The notes below the pieces were generated by a model. It did not search any database. It worked only from the letters and a program-made list of their open reading frames with translations, and was not told the origin of the DNA. 25,807 nucleotides of DNA from positions 1 through 25,807 of the IMG/VR virus record IMGVR_UViG_3300044878_000036; one strand, written 5' to 3'. The DNA is from a virus. Lineage: Duplodnaviria; Caudoviricetes. Positions 25,650 to 25,807 of the stretch are shown in pieces. Every line of letters begins with the position of its first letter. Position 1 is the stretch's first letter. The position numbers and the translations under genes were made by a program.

Positions 25650-25678
25650 TTGAAGACTCCGCAACCGTTAGTTACCAT
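25650..25678 (+). promoter_or_regulatory. Rightward early promoter pR with operator
   Basis: TTGAAG-17bp-TACCAT; operator CGCAACC-GTT-AGTTACC at 25660-25676, same register as in pL. Confidence 0.75.
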
Positions 25679-25706
25679 GAGGCATCGGCTGGCTAAGGAG
25701 TAGTCC

Positions 25707-25807
25707 ATGCAAGGTGTTCCGCTAAGACAGTTGGTTGCAGAGCTGGGTCCGGTGAAGGTGGGCAAGATGCTCGGTGTTAGCCACCAGGGCATCACGAAGG
25801 CGGTAGA
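25707..25807 (+). CDS. cro: Cro-like HTH regulator (3'-truncated; not in ORF track)
   Basis: TAAGGAG RBS; MQGVPLRQLVAELGPVKVGKMLGVSHQGITKAV aligns by eye to lambda Cro ([30 protein letters not shown]). Confidence 0.8.
   Translation, partial: MQGVPLRQLVAELGPVKVGKMLGVSHQGITKAV

Noticed and set aside
25604-25795. 63-aa - strand ORF as a possible repressor
   Set aside because: Antisense to the Cro-like gene and across pR; no HTH pattern
1-25807. CRISPR array, IS element, rRNA or host chromosomal genes
   Set aside because: No regularly spaced repeats, transposase motifs or housekeeping genes seen; the whole window reads as phage

Overview
A contiguous stretch of a GC-rich lambdoid siphovirus genome, most likely from a Pseudomonas phage or prophage (host inferred from gene families and composition). 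The + strand (1-12646) carries the end of the late operon: tail tube, tail assembly chaperone with a lambda-type GGGAAAG -1 frameshift, a lipoprotein moron, tape measure, DUF1833-like protein, NlpC/P60, tail-tip protein, a displaced distal-tail gene, tailspike and GH19 endolysin. The - strand (12686-25212) carries a long leftward early operon: small accessory genes, an intact tyrosine integrase buried mid-operon, an HNH/AP2 endonuclease and an ExoX-SSB-Sak4 recombination module. The window ends in divergent pL/pR promoters and a Cro-like gene. The regulatory layout is the most unusual part. There is no cI between pL and pR and no excisionase beside the integrase. A tmRNA-T-arm-like att core with an altered overlap lies 2.5 kb from the integrase. 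A 16-bp palindrome (consensus GTCCCTTGCAAGGGAC) recurs at non-coding or linker positions in both the early and the tail operons. All family assignments are motif recognition by eye, not database hits.
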